Positions 9,993-19,251 of a stretch of 64,000 nucleotides of DNA are shown here, in pieces. Where the stretch lies: assembly GCA_963846575.1 (NCBI GenBank), contig CAWJWJ010000002.1, positions 1,664,001 to 1,728,000 of the forward strand, read 5' to 3'. The stretch is from an uncultured Nitrospiraceae bacterium. GTDB lineage: Bacteria; Nitrospirota; Nitrospiria; Nitrospirales; Nitrospiraceae. The notes beneath the pieces were generated by a model. It was given only the letters and a program-made list of their open reading frames with translations. It did no database searches and was not told where the DNA came from. How positions within the stretch are numbered: the first letter of the stretch is position 1; each line of letters starts with the position of its first letter. Position numbers and translations under genes: made by a program.

Positions 9993-11375
9993 ATGGCGAT
10001 TAGCTTCGGGGGATTAGGCAATGGCGTGGACTTTGGCCAGGTCGTCAAAGAGTTGGTCAAGGTCCAGCGTCAGCCGATCGATAAGCTCACGGCAGCCAAA
10101 CTAGATCTGCAAAAAAAACTCACGGATTACGGCACGCTGGGGACAAAACTTCTCGCACTCCAGAGCGCGGCGAGCCAACTACGCCTCAACAGCAGCTTCG
10201 ATCAATCCACCGCCAGCGTCAGCGATACCACCGTCCTGGATGCCCAATCCTCGGCTGGAGCCAGTGCCGGAAGCTACACAGTTCAGGTGACGCAGCTTGC
10301 GAAGGCCAACCAAATCACGAACAAAGCCATCAAGGCGGTTGCCAGCACCACGACCGCCGTCGTCTCGGGCGGTGCCGGAACCTTTACCTTCAGAGTCGGA
10401 TCAGGCTCGAATCAGTCCATCGCGCTCAATGATGGTGCCACGCTCGATGATCTTCGCTCCGCCATCAACGATCTGGGAGCCGGAGTCACCGCCTCAGTGA
10501 TCAATACCGGCACGGACTCAAGCCCGGCCTACCGACTCACCCTCACGGCGACCAGTTCAGGCGAGGCTAATGCGATAACGGTCGTGACCGATACCACAAC
10601 GCTCGATTTCTTGAACGCCAGCGGGACGGGTGGCTCCGACACCTTACAGGCCGGGCAGAATGCCATCATCGTCATCGGGGATCCGGATCAGACGCCCATC
10701 ACCATCCAGAGAACAAGCAATGTCATCACCGATGCCATCCCGGATGTCACCCTGACATTGAAAGCCAAAACCACCGGCGATCCAGTGACGGTCAACATCA
10801 ACTCCGACCCTGAGACCGTCAAGACCAATATTAAGAACCTGGCGACGGCGTACAATGACATCGTCAAATTCATCAACGAACGCACGGCCTACGATACGAC
10901 GACCAAGACAGGGGGAGATTTCTTCAATGAAGGGACCGCCAAGGGCGTGCTCACCCGGTTGCGCAGCGCCCTCACGGGCACGGTGAGCGGCGCTACGACG
11001 TACCAGACAGTGGGGCAGATCGGCTTTAAGACAGAGCGCGATGGCACCCTCACGGTCGATGACGCCAAACTGAGTTCGGCGCTCACGAGCAACTATTCCG
11101 CGACGAAAGCCTTGTTCGTAACCCAGCCCACGTCGACCGGCATCGCCCAGCAAATCACCCAAGCGGTTGATTTCCTGGATAGCGTGGACACAGGGGCCTT
11201 CGCCCTTCGCAAAAATGCCATTACCGACCAGATCACGAGGATGTCCGCCGAGATCACTCGTAAGGAAGGGGTTTCCAGCCGGTACGAAGAACGCCTTCGA
11301 CTTCAATACGCCGCTCTCGATGGTCTCCTCCAGCAAATGCAACGACAAACCAGCGCGCTTCAAGCGTTGAGATAA
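9993..11375 (+). CDS. fliD: Flagellar filament cap protein
   Basis: MAISFGGLGNGVD N-terminus, Thr/Ser-rich body, C-terminal coiled coil. Confidence 0.95.
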   Translation: MAISFGGLGNGVDFGQVVKELVKVQRQPIDKLTAAKLDLQKKLTDYGTLGTKLLALQSAASQLRLNSSFDQSTASVSDTTVLDAQSSAGASAGSYTVQVTQLAKANQITNKAIKAVASTTTAVVSGGAGTFTFRVGSGSNQSIALNDGATLDDLRSAINDLGAGVTASVINTGTDSSPAYRLTLTATSSGEANAITVVTDTTTLDFLNASGTGGSDTLQAGQNAIIVIGDPDQTPITIQRTSNVITDAIPDVTLTLKAKTTGDPVTVNINSDPETVKTNIKNLATAYNDIVKFINERTAYDTTTKTGGDFFNEGTAKGVLTRLRSALTGTVSGATTYQTVGQIGFKTERDGTLTVDDAKLSSALTSNYSATKALFVTQPTSTGIAQQITQAVDFLDSVDTGAFALRKNAITDQITRMSAEITRKEGVSSRYEERLRLQYAALDGLLQQMQRQTSALQALR

Positions 11376-11390
11376 CCGATAAGGGCTACC

Positions 11391-11783
11391 ATGATTGCCA
11401 ATGTCGCCAGTGCCTACCAGCAGACCCAAGTGATGACCGCGAACCGGGTGCAATTGATTGTGTTGCTGTATGACTCTGCCATTCAGTCACTCGAGTTGGC
11501 ACGCGAGGCGATACTCACCAACAACTATAAAGACAAAGCCCGCTTCCTCGACCGCGCGATCGCCATCGCGGGAGAATTATCCAGCGTGCTGGATTTCGAA
11601 CGGGGCGGGGAGATCGCCGTCTCGTTGCACCGGCTCTACGACTACATGGTTCAACAATGCATCCAAGCCAATCTCCGGCACAATGGTAAACACCTCGACG
11701 GCCCGATCCGTTGCCTGAGCACGTTACGCGAGGGTTGGCAAGCCGTCGCCCGGCAGGAAGCTGTGGCCCATGCCGGGAGCTAG
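11391..11783 (+). CDS. fliS: Flagellin export chaperone
   Basis: LIVLLYD...LDFERGGEIA..L..LYDY motif. Confidence 0.95.
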   Translation: MIANVASAYQQTQVMTANRVQLIVLLYDSAIQSLELAREAILTNNYKDKARFLDRAIAIAGELSSVLDFERGGEIAVSLHRLYDYMVQQCIQANLRHNGKHLDGPIRCLSTLREGWQAVARQEAVAHAGS

Positions 11784-12114
11784 TGTGCCATTCCCCCAGC
11801 CCCTTGACGAGCCGCTCACCATAGAACTCCTCACACAGCAGGCCCTGGAGGCATCGCGAGCAGGTGATTGGGACCGTGTCATGGCCTGTTATGCCAACCG
11901 GCAGGTCCTCTTGCAAGGGGGCCGGCTCGACCGAATCCCGGTGCAACTCATACTGGACATGGACGAACAGGTACGCGCGGCAGCGCTGGTTGCACAAGCC
12001 GCGATCTCCAGTCTGATTGCCGATAACACGCACATTCAGGTGCAACTCCGGCGCCTGCGAGAAAGTGCCGGACATCAGCCTGCGATACAGGGATCGATTC
12101 ATCGTGAGGCATGA
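11770..12114 (+). CDS. Hypothetical helical protein, FliT-like by position
   Basis: Follows fliS; GDWDRV...NRQ.LL pattern. Confidence 0.5.
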   Translation: MPGASVPFPQPLDEPLTIELLTQQALEASRAGDWDRVMACYANRQVLLQGGRLDRIPVQLILDMDEQVRAAALVAQAAISSLIADNTHIQVQLRRLRESAGHQPAIQGSIHREA

Positions 12115-12176
12115 TCCTACCCGGGGCCTACGGTCTCGTTCCCTCCGCTGCGCACTATTCATAGAAGAGGCATGGT

Positions 12177-12788
12177 ATGGCTTCTCCCAAAAACCTCTCG
12201 GGCATGACTCCCCACGCTGACGTCAAAAGTGAAGAGCGGCGCGAATGGTTGCGCATCGATGACCGCCTGTTGCTCGAATATCGGCTATCTGACGAACCTG
12301 CCGAGGCCATGCATCGCTACCTTCCCCCGGTAACCGAGGACACGATCGCGACAGCCGTCTCAAAACCCACCCTGGACTTGTTGGCTCGTGCAGCAGAGAC
12401 CTTCGCAGGTTCTCCATTGGTACCATGGGTATCGAAGATCGACTGGATGCTGGAAACGATCCTTAAATCGTTGGCAAAAAGCCAGCCCGGAAGTGTGCAG
12501 ATTGCCCGGCTGACCGAAGTGGACATCAGCGCCGGCGGGGTGGGATTCATCACTCCGCGTCAATTCCGACCGGATGATGTCCTGGCTCTCAAAGTGATCC
12601 TGCCTCCGTTCAGCATGATTGAGACGACCGCGCGGATCATACGGGTCACCGCAGCAGGGAAGGGCGCGACGGGATATTGTGTGGCGACGCAGTTTATAGA
12701 CCTGGCGGGCGACGACCAGGAACTGATTATCCGCCACATACTTCAGGTTCAGGCAGAACGCTTGCGAGCCAGGAAAGCGGCGCACTGA
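12177..12788 (+). CDS. PilZ-domain c-di-GMP receptor
   Basis: RREWLR (RxxxR) and DISAGG (DxSxxG) motifs. Confidence 0.85.
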   Translation: MASPKNLSGMTPHADVKSEERREWLRIDDRLLLEYRLSDEPAEAMHRYLPPVTEDTIATAVSKPTLDLLARAAETFAGSPLVPWVSKIDWMLETILKSLAKSQPGSVQIARLTEVDISAGGVGFITPRQFRPDDVLALKVILPPFSMIETTARIIRVTAAGKGATGYCVATQFIDLAGDDQELIIRHILQVQAERLRARKAAH

Positions 12789-12797
12789 GCAGGTCCG

Positions 12798-13727
12798 CTA
12801 GGCGACCTGTTCAGGTGGAAGCGGCGTCTCGGAGAGCACAGGGGCCGGGCAGGCGATGATGCGAAGGAGCATCTGAGCCGCTTTCTCGAGGGCCAGGGAC
12901 GCCGGCGCAGTCGGTTCGCACTCCACGACGGGAAGATAACTCCGGACGGCCCGGGTCATCGCCGGATCGTCAGGAATCTCCCCAAGCATCGTCAGGTCCC
13001 CACCCACATATTCTTGCAACAGTTTCTTCAACTGCAACACGTTGACTCGTGACTTGCCCGAGACTCGATTCACAATGAGATGGGGTTGAAATCTCAAGAG
13101 TGTCCCTTTCGCCGTTTCCCTGGCGTTGGGATCCGTCTCGACGACAGTCTGAATGACCTCTTCGATGCTACTAAAGTCACGATCGGAAAGCGTCTCACTC
13201 ACGGCATCCCTTGAGAGGAAAGCCGAAAGAACCCGTCGAATGGCGGCCAGTTTGATAAAGCGGTACAGGTCGAGGACAGAGGTCGGATCCGGAGTCGCCA
13301 CGGTCAGGTAATGGTCGGCCATCAGAAAAAAATCAAGCGCGTGGTAGCTGGTGCCTGCCCCGATATCGACGATAATGACATCTGCTGCTAGTTGACGAAA
13401 GTGACGGATGAGCCTTTTTTTCTTGGCATAAGGCAGATTGGCCGTCGCCAGTGTGTCGCCCGTGCCGGGGATCAGGTGGAGAAACGGATGAGCCGATACC
13501 GGCTGAAGAACTTCATCAAGACGCTCCACTCGGCGTTCAACGAAATCAGTCAGGGTGAGGGGAGGATTCAGCATCCCGAAGAGGATATGGGCGTCGGCAC
13601 CTCCCACGTCCAGATCGGCCAATACGACGCGCTTGCCACTTTTCGCCAACAACATCGATAAGTTAGCGGCAATGACACTTTTGCCGACTCCACCCTTTCC
13701 GGACCCTACGGAAACGATCGTCGCCAT
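12798..13727 (-). CDS. MinD/FlhG(FleN)-family P-loop ATPase
   Basis: Deviant Walker A GKGGVGKS and ADLDVGGAD; alternative start at 13763. Confidence 0.85.
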   Translation of the reverse strand: MATIVSVGSGKGGVGKSVIAANLSMLLAKSGKRVVLADLDVGGADAHILFGMLNPPLTLTDFVERRVERLDEVLQPVSAHPFLHLIPGTGDTLATANLPYAKKKRLIRHFRQLAADVIIVDIGAGTSYHALDFFLMADHYLTVATPDPTSVLDLYRFIKLAAIRRVLSAFLSRDAVSETLSDRDFSSIEEVIQTVVETDPNARETAKGTLLRFQPHLIVNRVSGKSRVNVLQLKKLLQEYVGGDLTMLGEIPDDPAMTRAVRSYLPVVECEPTAPASLALEKAAQMLLRIIACPAPVLSETPLPPEQVA

Positions 13728-13768
13728 ACGCAGAGATCTCTCGTTATTGTGTGAATCTGCCATGCATG

Positions 13769-13796
13769 CTGTCGGTCACCTCAGGTCTAAACATGA
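13769..13796 (-). promoter_or_regulatory. Probable sigma28 promoter of the FlhG-like gene
   Basis: TCATG-N15-ACCGACAG on the minus strand. Confidence 0.55.
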
Positions 13797-13887
13797 ACGG
13801 GCAGAGTGCAGTCCACTCGCTTAGTCCCCGATAGCCCTTGCCGCACCATCCGGTCCTATTTCACCTCATTGTCCAGGAACTGGCAAC

Positions 13888-13915
13888 TAAAGTTTGAGAC
13901 GGCGCCCACCGATAC
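13888..13915 (+). promoter_or_regulatory. sigma28 promoter of the HTH-che operon
   Basis: TAAAG(TTT)-N15-ACCGATAC. Confidence 0.8.
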
Positions 13916-13925
13916 CTTATCCGTC

Positions 13926-14153
13926 ATGAACGATGCCATCGCAACAACGACAGTCAATGTCGACAGTGCACTGCCCTCGGAAAGCGAGATTTTAACCGTG
14001 ATGGAGGTCGCGCGATTTCTGCGTGTTCCAAAGTCCACGGTCTACAAGCTCGCTCGCCTGGGCCAGCTCCCGGCTTCAAAAATCGGGAAGCACTGGCGCT
14101 TTCTCCGGCGCGACATTCACGACTGGATGCACAACAGGACCCAGCAGAACTGA
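13926..14153 (+). CDS. Small excisionase-like / HTH_17 (BldC-like) DNA-binding protein
   Basis: ILTVMEVARFLRVPKSTVYKLARLGQLPASKIGKHWRF pattern. Confidence 0.85.
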   Translation: MNDAIATTTVNVDSALPSESEILTVMEVARFLRVPKSTVYKLARLGQLPASKIGKHWRFLRRDIHDWMHNRTQQN

Positions 14154-14261
14154 TCTCTCCTGCAGAAGGGGAGATGGGCGAGCTGGAAGAGCGTCACGGC
14201 GCAGAGCCTGACGGTTCGATGATGTGCTCGAACACCTCAACGCATTTCAAGAGGCATTTTG

Positions 14262-15125
14262 ATGGCCGACACGACCGCGGTGAGAAAAGTAGACGCGCCC
14301 GGACCGAAGCTGACTCCAGAGACGTTCAAGCACCTGCGCGACTTGATCTATGAAATGACGGGCATCCATTTTCAAGACAACAAGACCTATCTCCTGGAAA
14401 GCCGGCTGCTGCCCCGCATGAAGGCCTGCCGCTGCCCGACCTTCGAAAGTTACCTCAATTATCTGCGCTTCGACGCCTATCGCGACCGCGAAGTCACCGA
14501 ACTCTACACCGTCATTACGACCAATGAGACGTATTTTTTCCGGGATGAAGCCCAACTTGAGACCTTCATGAAGGTCATGATTCCCGAAGTCATGAAAACC
14601 AATGCGGACTCGAAGCAACTCCGGATCTGGAGCGCGGCCTGCTCGACCGGCGATGAGCCATATACTCTGGCTCTGCTCCTGCGCGACTATCCTCCGCTCG
14701 CCAATTGGTCGATTGATATCCTCGCCACGGATATCAGCGAGAATGTGCTGACCGTCGCCCGAGCGGGCACCTACAGCTCCCATTCACTTCGCAAAGTACC
14801 GGCCGCCCTGCGCACCAAATATTTCACGGGATCGGCGGAGCATCAGACGCTCGTACCCCTGGTCAAAAATATGGTGCGCTTCATGAGCGTCAACCTTTAC
14901 GACCGCCCCAGGCTCAAGCTCGTACGGGGAATGGATATCGTTTTCTGCCGCAATTGCCTCATCTATTTCGATGACAAAGCCAAGGCGCAGATCGTCTCGG
15001 ACCTGCGTGATGCCTTACGCCCGAAAGGGTATTTGATGATCGGGTTCTCCGAGACGTTGCACGACACCACTGGACAATTTCGAGCCATTCATGCCGGTCG
15101 TTCCGTCATTCATGAGAAACAGTAA
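14262..15125 (+). CDS. cheR: Chemotaxis methyltransferase
   Basis: TTNETYFFR, IWSAACSTGDEPY, FCRNCLIYF. Confidence 0.97.
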   Translation: MADTTAVRKVDAPGPKLTPETFKHLRDLIYEMTGIHFQDNKTYLLESRLLPRMKACRCPTFESYLNYLRFDAYRDREVTELYTVITTNETYFFRDEAQLETFMKVMIPEVMKTNADSKQLRIWSAACSTGDEPYTLALLLRDYPPLANWSIDILATDISENVLTVARAGTYSSHSLRKVPAALRTKYFTGSAEHQTLVPLVKNMVRFMSVNLYDRPRLKLVRGMDIVFCRNCLIYFDDKAKAQIVSDLRDALRPKGYLMIGFSETLHDTTGQFRAIHAGRSVIHEKQ

Positions 15126-15137
15126 GGAGGATAACTC

Positions 15138-15518
15138 ATGCCAGCCGATCCGAATATGAAAATTCTCGTCGTCGATGACATGTCTACCATGCGGCGGATC
15201 GTCAAGAACATCCTCAAACAATTGGGCTTCAACAACCTGGAAGAAGCCGAAAACGGTCAGGAAGCCTTGACGAAACTGCAGGCCGACAACTACGGCTTCG
15301 TCGTGTCCGACTGGAATATGCCCGTCATGATGGGCATCGACATGTTGCGTGCCATCCGGGCCGACGAGAAGCTGAAAGCCATCCCCGTGTTGATGGTGAC
15401 GGCCGAGGCGCAGAAAGAGAATCTGATGGAAGCCGTCAAGGCCGGCGTGAGCAATTACGTGGTCAAACCCTTCACCGCCGAGACGATGCAGGAAAAGATC
15501 AACAAAATTTTTAAGTAA
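15138..15518 (+). CDS. cheY: Chemotaxis response regulator
   Basis: ILVVDD...SDWNMP...VTAE...VVKPF. Confidence 0.97.
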   Translation: MPADPNMKILVVDDMSTMRRIVKNILKQLGFNNLEEAENGQEALTKLQADNYGFVVSDWNMPVMMGIDMLRAIRADEKLKAIPVLMVTAEAQKENLMEAVKAGVSNYVVKPFTAETMQEKINKIFK

Positions 15519-15542
15519 ATCGACTCCTAACCGGTGAGGGAC

Positions 15543-16196
15543 ATGATGGCACAAGTACGTGCGGCAGCGCAGTCGCGGGATGAAATGAGCGAACCTGACC
15601 AGGACGGAAAAGGGCCCGACACCAAGCTGTACGAGGAACTCGGAGAGTTGGCGCGCTTCATCGATACCACCATGAAGACCCTGTCCGAATTCAGTGCACC
15701 CGTGAGCAGTTCAACAGAACAACTGCCTCAAGCGCTCAGTCATCTCGCTAACCTCAAGACCTTGACTGAAAAAGGCACGCATGAAGTCATGCTTCAGGTA
15801 GAAGCCATGCAGGACAGCCACACCCGGCTGAACACGATGCTCAAAACGCTGACGCAGGCCCTCCAGCAGGCTCAGGTTTCCCCGGCGATCCAGGCCCAGG
15901 TGCAACACGTCAGCAAGCAGCTGGGCGAGGACGATAAACGGCTACTCGACATCATGACGGCGCTCTCGTTTCAAGACCTGGTCGCACAGAGCGTCAACAA
16001 ACTGGTAACGATTCTCGACGAGGTCGAGCACAAACTTCTTCAACTGGTGGTGGTCTTCGGTCCCTACCAGAAGCAGGCGGCGAAGCAGGACCATGACAAA
16101 GCCAGTGAAATGTTGAAGCAGTTGGAAGCGACGAAGAATACCTCGATGGACCAGGATCTGGCCGACGAGATCCTGAAGCAATTCGGTTTTAACTGA
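15543..16196 (+). CDS. cheZ: CheY-P phosphatase
   Basis: SFQDLVAQ catalytic DxxxQ motif; C-terminal DQDLADEILKQFGF. Confidence 0.9.
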   Translation: MMAQVRAAAQSRDEMSEPDQDGKGPDTKLYEELGELARFIDTTMKTLSEFSAPVSSSTEQLPQALSHLANLKTLTEKGTHEVMLQVEAMQDSHTRLNTMLKTLTQALQQAQVSPAIQAQVQHVSKQLGEDDKRLLDIMTALSFQDLVAQSVNKLVTILDEVEHKLLQLVVVFGPYQKQAAKQDHDKASEMLKQLEATKNTSMDQDLADEILKQFGFN

Positions 16197-16204
16197 GGTG
16201 GGTT

Positions 16205-18076
16205 ATGAGCGATGAAATGCAGGAAATACTCAACGACTTTCTGACCGAGTCGCACGAGATGCTGGAGGTGCTGGATCAGCGGTTCGTGACGTTGGAGGCC
16301 GACCCCGGCAACACGGCCCTGCTCAACGAGATCTTCCGGGCCATGCATAGCATGAAGGGCTCGGCCGGTTTTCTCGGGTTTACCCATCTGGTGGACGTCG
16401 CCCATCGGGGCGAGAACATTCTGAACAAACTGCGGCAGGGCGACATGGCCGTGAGCCCCCGCATCATCAGCGTCATTCTCGAGACCGTCGATGTCATCAA
16501 GGCCCTCATGGCCGACATCCGGGAGTCCGGCACCGACACCCATGTCGCGACCGCGGCCATCGCCGCCACGTTGGACGAGATTCTGGCGGGGAAGTCCGGC
16601 GCAGCGGCGCCCGCCACGCCGCCGCCCGCGGCCGCCCCGGCGGCCGGCCCCCCCGTCGCCCCGCCCGAGCCGGCCCCCACGCTCGGCGAGATTCTGGTGA
16701 CCGAGGGCCTGGCCTCCAAGGATCAGGTGCTCGATGCCCTCAATGCGCAACAACATCAGCCGGACCCCAAGACCCCCCTGGGCGAGATTCTCCTCCAGGC
16801 CAAGGCCATTACCGAGCGTGCGCTGGATCAGGCCCTCCACAAACAGGAAAAACAGCCCAAACCGGCCGAAGAAGACGCCACCATCCGCGTGGAAACCAAG
16901 CGCCTCGACAGCGTCATGAACCTCGTCGGCGAGTTGGTCCTCGGCCGCAACCGCCTGATCAAGATCGGCACGCAGCTCGAGCAGAACCATGAGTCGGATC
17001 CGCAGGTCCGCGTCCTGAGCGAAACCCTGGCCCAACTCAACCTGGTGACGACCGATCTGCAACTGGCCGTCATGAAGACGCGCATGCTCCCGATCAAAAA
17101 AGTCTTTGCGAAGCTCCCGCGCATGGTCCGGGACCTCTCCCAGAAATTGAACAAGCAGGTGCGGCTGGAGATGCGCGGCGAGGAGACCGAACTCGATAAG
17201 TCGGTGGCCGACGAAATCGGCGACCCGCTCGTCCACCTGGTCCGCAACGCCATCGACCACGGCATCGAAACCCCGGCGGAACGCCAGGCCAAGGGCAAAC
17301 CCGGCGAGGGGCAGTTGACCATTGCCGCCAGCCAGGAGGGCAACAGCATCGTCATCCGGATCAACGACGACGGGCGCGGCATTCCGGTGGACAAGATCAA
17401 GGCCAAGGCGCTGGCCAAGGGCCTCATCAGCGAGGCCGAGCTCGCGACCATGGAGCATCGCGAAGTCCTGAACCTCATCTTCCTGCCGGGCTTCAGCACG
17501 GCCGAGCAGGTCACCGACGTGTCCGGCCGCGGCGTCGGCATGGATGTCGTCCGCACCAACATCCGGAAGATCAACGGCAGCGTCGACCTCGAATCCGAGG
17601 CGGGCAAGGGCAGCCAGATCATCATCAAGCTGCCCCTGACCATCGCGATCATCCAGGCCCTGATGGTGGAGGTGGAACAGTCGATTTTCGCCATCCCCCT
17701 CAGTACCGTCATCGAGGCGGTCCGCATTTCCCGGAGCGACATCAAGACCATCAACGGGCGGGAGGTGCTGCACCTGCGCGATCGGGTGTTGCCGCTGATC
17801 CGCCTGGCGCAGGAGTTCGACATTCCCACCGATGCCGACCGCGAGCGGTTCTATGTCGTGGTGGCCGCCCTGGGCGATCGCCGGGTCGGCGTGGTCGTCG
17901 ACGAGCTGCGCTCCCAGGAGGAGGTCGTCATCAAGTCCATCTGGGATTATCTCGAAACCGTCAAGGGCGTCTCGGGCGCCACGATCACCGGCGAGGGCAA
18001 GGTGGTCCTCATCCTCGACACCTCCGAACTGGTCCAGAACGCCCGCGCCTGGCACAACAACGGAGTACCGGTCTAA
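16205..18076 (+). CDS. cheA: Chemotaxis histidine kinase with a tandem MshEN-like insert in place of P2
   Basis: HSMKG Hpt, HLVRNAIDHG, SGRGVGMDVV, C-terminal CheW domain. Confidence 0.97.
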   Translation: MSDEMQEILNDFLTESHEMLEVLDQRFVTLEADPGNTALLNEIFRAMHSMKGSAGFLGFTHLVDVAHRGENILNKLRQGDMAVSPRIISVILETVDVIKALMADIRESGTDTHVATAAIAATLDEILAGKSGAAAPATPPPAAAPAAGPPVAPPEPAPTLGEILVTEGLASKDQVLDALNAQQHQPDPKTPLGEILLQAKAITERALDQALHKQEKQPKPAEEDATIRVETKRLDSVMNLVGELVLGRNRLIKIGTQLEQNHESDPQVRVLSETLAQLNLVTTDLQLAVMKTRMLPIKKVFAKLPRMVRDLSQKLNKQVRLEMRGEETELDKSVADEIGDPLVHLVRNAIDHGIETPAERQAKGKPGEGQLTIAASQEGNSIVIRINDDGRGIPVDKIKAKALAKGLISEAELATMEHREVLNLIFLPGFSTAEQVTDVSGRGVGMDVVRTNIRKINGSVDLESEAGKGSQIIIKLPLTIAIIQALMVEVEQSIFAIPLSTVIEAVRISRSDIKTINGREVLHLRDRVLPLIRLAQEFDIPTDADRERFYVVVAALGDRRVGVVVDELRSQEEVVIKSIWDYLETVKGVSGATITGEGKVVLILDTSELVQNARAWHNNGVPV

Positions 18077-18186
18077 GTAGCAAGCGATGGAACGAACCCT
18101 GACGGTCATGCAACGGATTCAAGTAAGCCTCATGTCAATCGGCGTGTCACAACAGACGAACAGCGAAGCGCGAGATCGGAGGACGT

Positions 18187-19170
18187 ATGTCGACTCTCAT
18201 CAACGAGATTGATGCTCGGACCAGGCTGGCCGGCGCGAATCAAATGGAACTCCTGCTGTTCAAACTGGGCACCAACGAAATCTTCGGCATCAACGTGTTC
18301 AAGGTCCGGGAAGTCATGAAACTTCCCGCGCTCACACAGATACCGGAAGCTGACAGCCGCATCGTAGGCATGGCCAATATCCGGGGAATCATGGTTCCTG
18401 TGGTCGGCTTGAAACGTAGTTTGGGTCTCAGCGGGGAAATCCAGGAGGACACTGAGGGTGCAATAAACTCACATCCTTACCTGATCGTGTCCGAATACAA
18501 CGGAAGCCTGCAAGGATTCCTCGTGGCCGGCGTCGATCGTATCATTCGCTTCTCCTGGTCGGCCATCAAAACGCCGCCCGCGATAGTCAGGGAGAACAAC
18601 AAAGGCGCGGTCACGGCCGTGACCATGCTCGATGATGGCCGCATGGTCCTCATTCTCGACGTGGAAAAAGTGCTGAACGATATCTGTCCGCGTTCGGATG
18701 ATGAAGTCTTTGCTGGCGTGGTCCCCACACCGGCGTTGAGATCCAAGTGCATGCTGTTCGCCGACGATTCATCGGTGGCACGAACGCAGATCCGAAAAGC
18801 GCTCGACCGCCTTGAGATGTCTTACATCATGGCTACGACTGGAGGGGAAGCCTGGAGCAAACTCCAAGCCCTAGCGGAGCAGGCCACTGCCGAGGGCAAA
18901 GAGCGCGTGGATCAGATCCAGTGCATTCTGAGTGACATTGAAATGCCCGAAATGGACGGCTTCACCCTGACGAAGCACATTCGCGCGGACCCGCGGCTGG
19001 CGCACCTGCCGGTGATGCTGCATTCCTCGCTCACCGGGGCCTGCAACATGGAGAAGGGTAAAGCAGTCGGGGCGACGGACTACATCACGAAATTCGACGC
19101 CAAGATGTTGGGCGCAAAACTATCCTTCTATCTGAGCGAGGAGAGACAGCAGGCAAGCAAGGCTGCCTAG
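18187..19170 (+). CDS. cheV: CheW-receiver coupling protein
   Basis: FGINVFKVREV CheW domain plus ADDS...SDIEMP...HSS...TKF receiver. Confidence 0.95.
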   Translation: MSTLINEIDARTRLAGANQMELLLFKLGTNEIFGINVFKVREVMKLPALTQIPEADSRIVGMANIRGIMVPVVGLKRSLGLSGEIQEDTEGAINSHPYLIVSEYNGSLQGFLVAGVDRIIRFSWSAIKTPPAIVRENNKGAVTAVTMLDDGRMVLILDVEKVLNDICPRSDDEVFAGVVPTPALRSKCMLFADDSSVARTQIRKALDRLEMSYIMATTGGEAWSKLQALAEQATAEGKERVDQIQCILSDIEMPEMDGFTLTKHIRADPRLAHLPVMLHSSLTGACNMEKGKAVGATDYITKFDAKMLGAKLSFYLSEERQQASKAA

Positions 19171-19209
19171 TGTAGTCGGGCCATACTCAGTGATTCAGTG
19201 GTCAACCGC

Positions 19210-19237
19210 TCAAGCTTTCGAGGCGGATGGCCGATGT
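19210..19237 (+). promoter_or_regulatory. Internal sigma28 promoter before cheB
   Basis: TCAAG-N15-GCCGATGT in the cheV-cheB gap. Confidence 0.75.
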
Positions 19238-19251
19238 TAAGACAGGACTCT

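Noticed and set aside
11355..12026. Perfect sigma28 -10 boxes at 11375 and 12019 (also 22997-23004 on the minus strand)
   Set aside because: No -35 element at the N15 spacing
13926..14153. Excisionase as a sign of a prophage or ICE
   Set aside because: No integrase, att repeats or phage genes; embedded in the che operon
16064..18109. Long antisense ORFs (681 aa opposite cheA, 373 aa opposite wecB, others)
   Set aside because: Shadow frames expected from high GC3; no motifs or RBS
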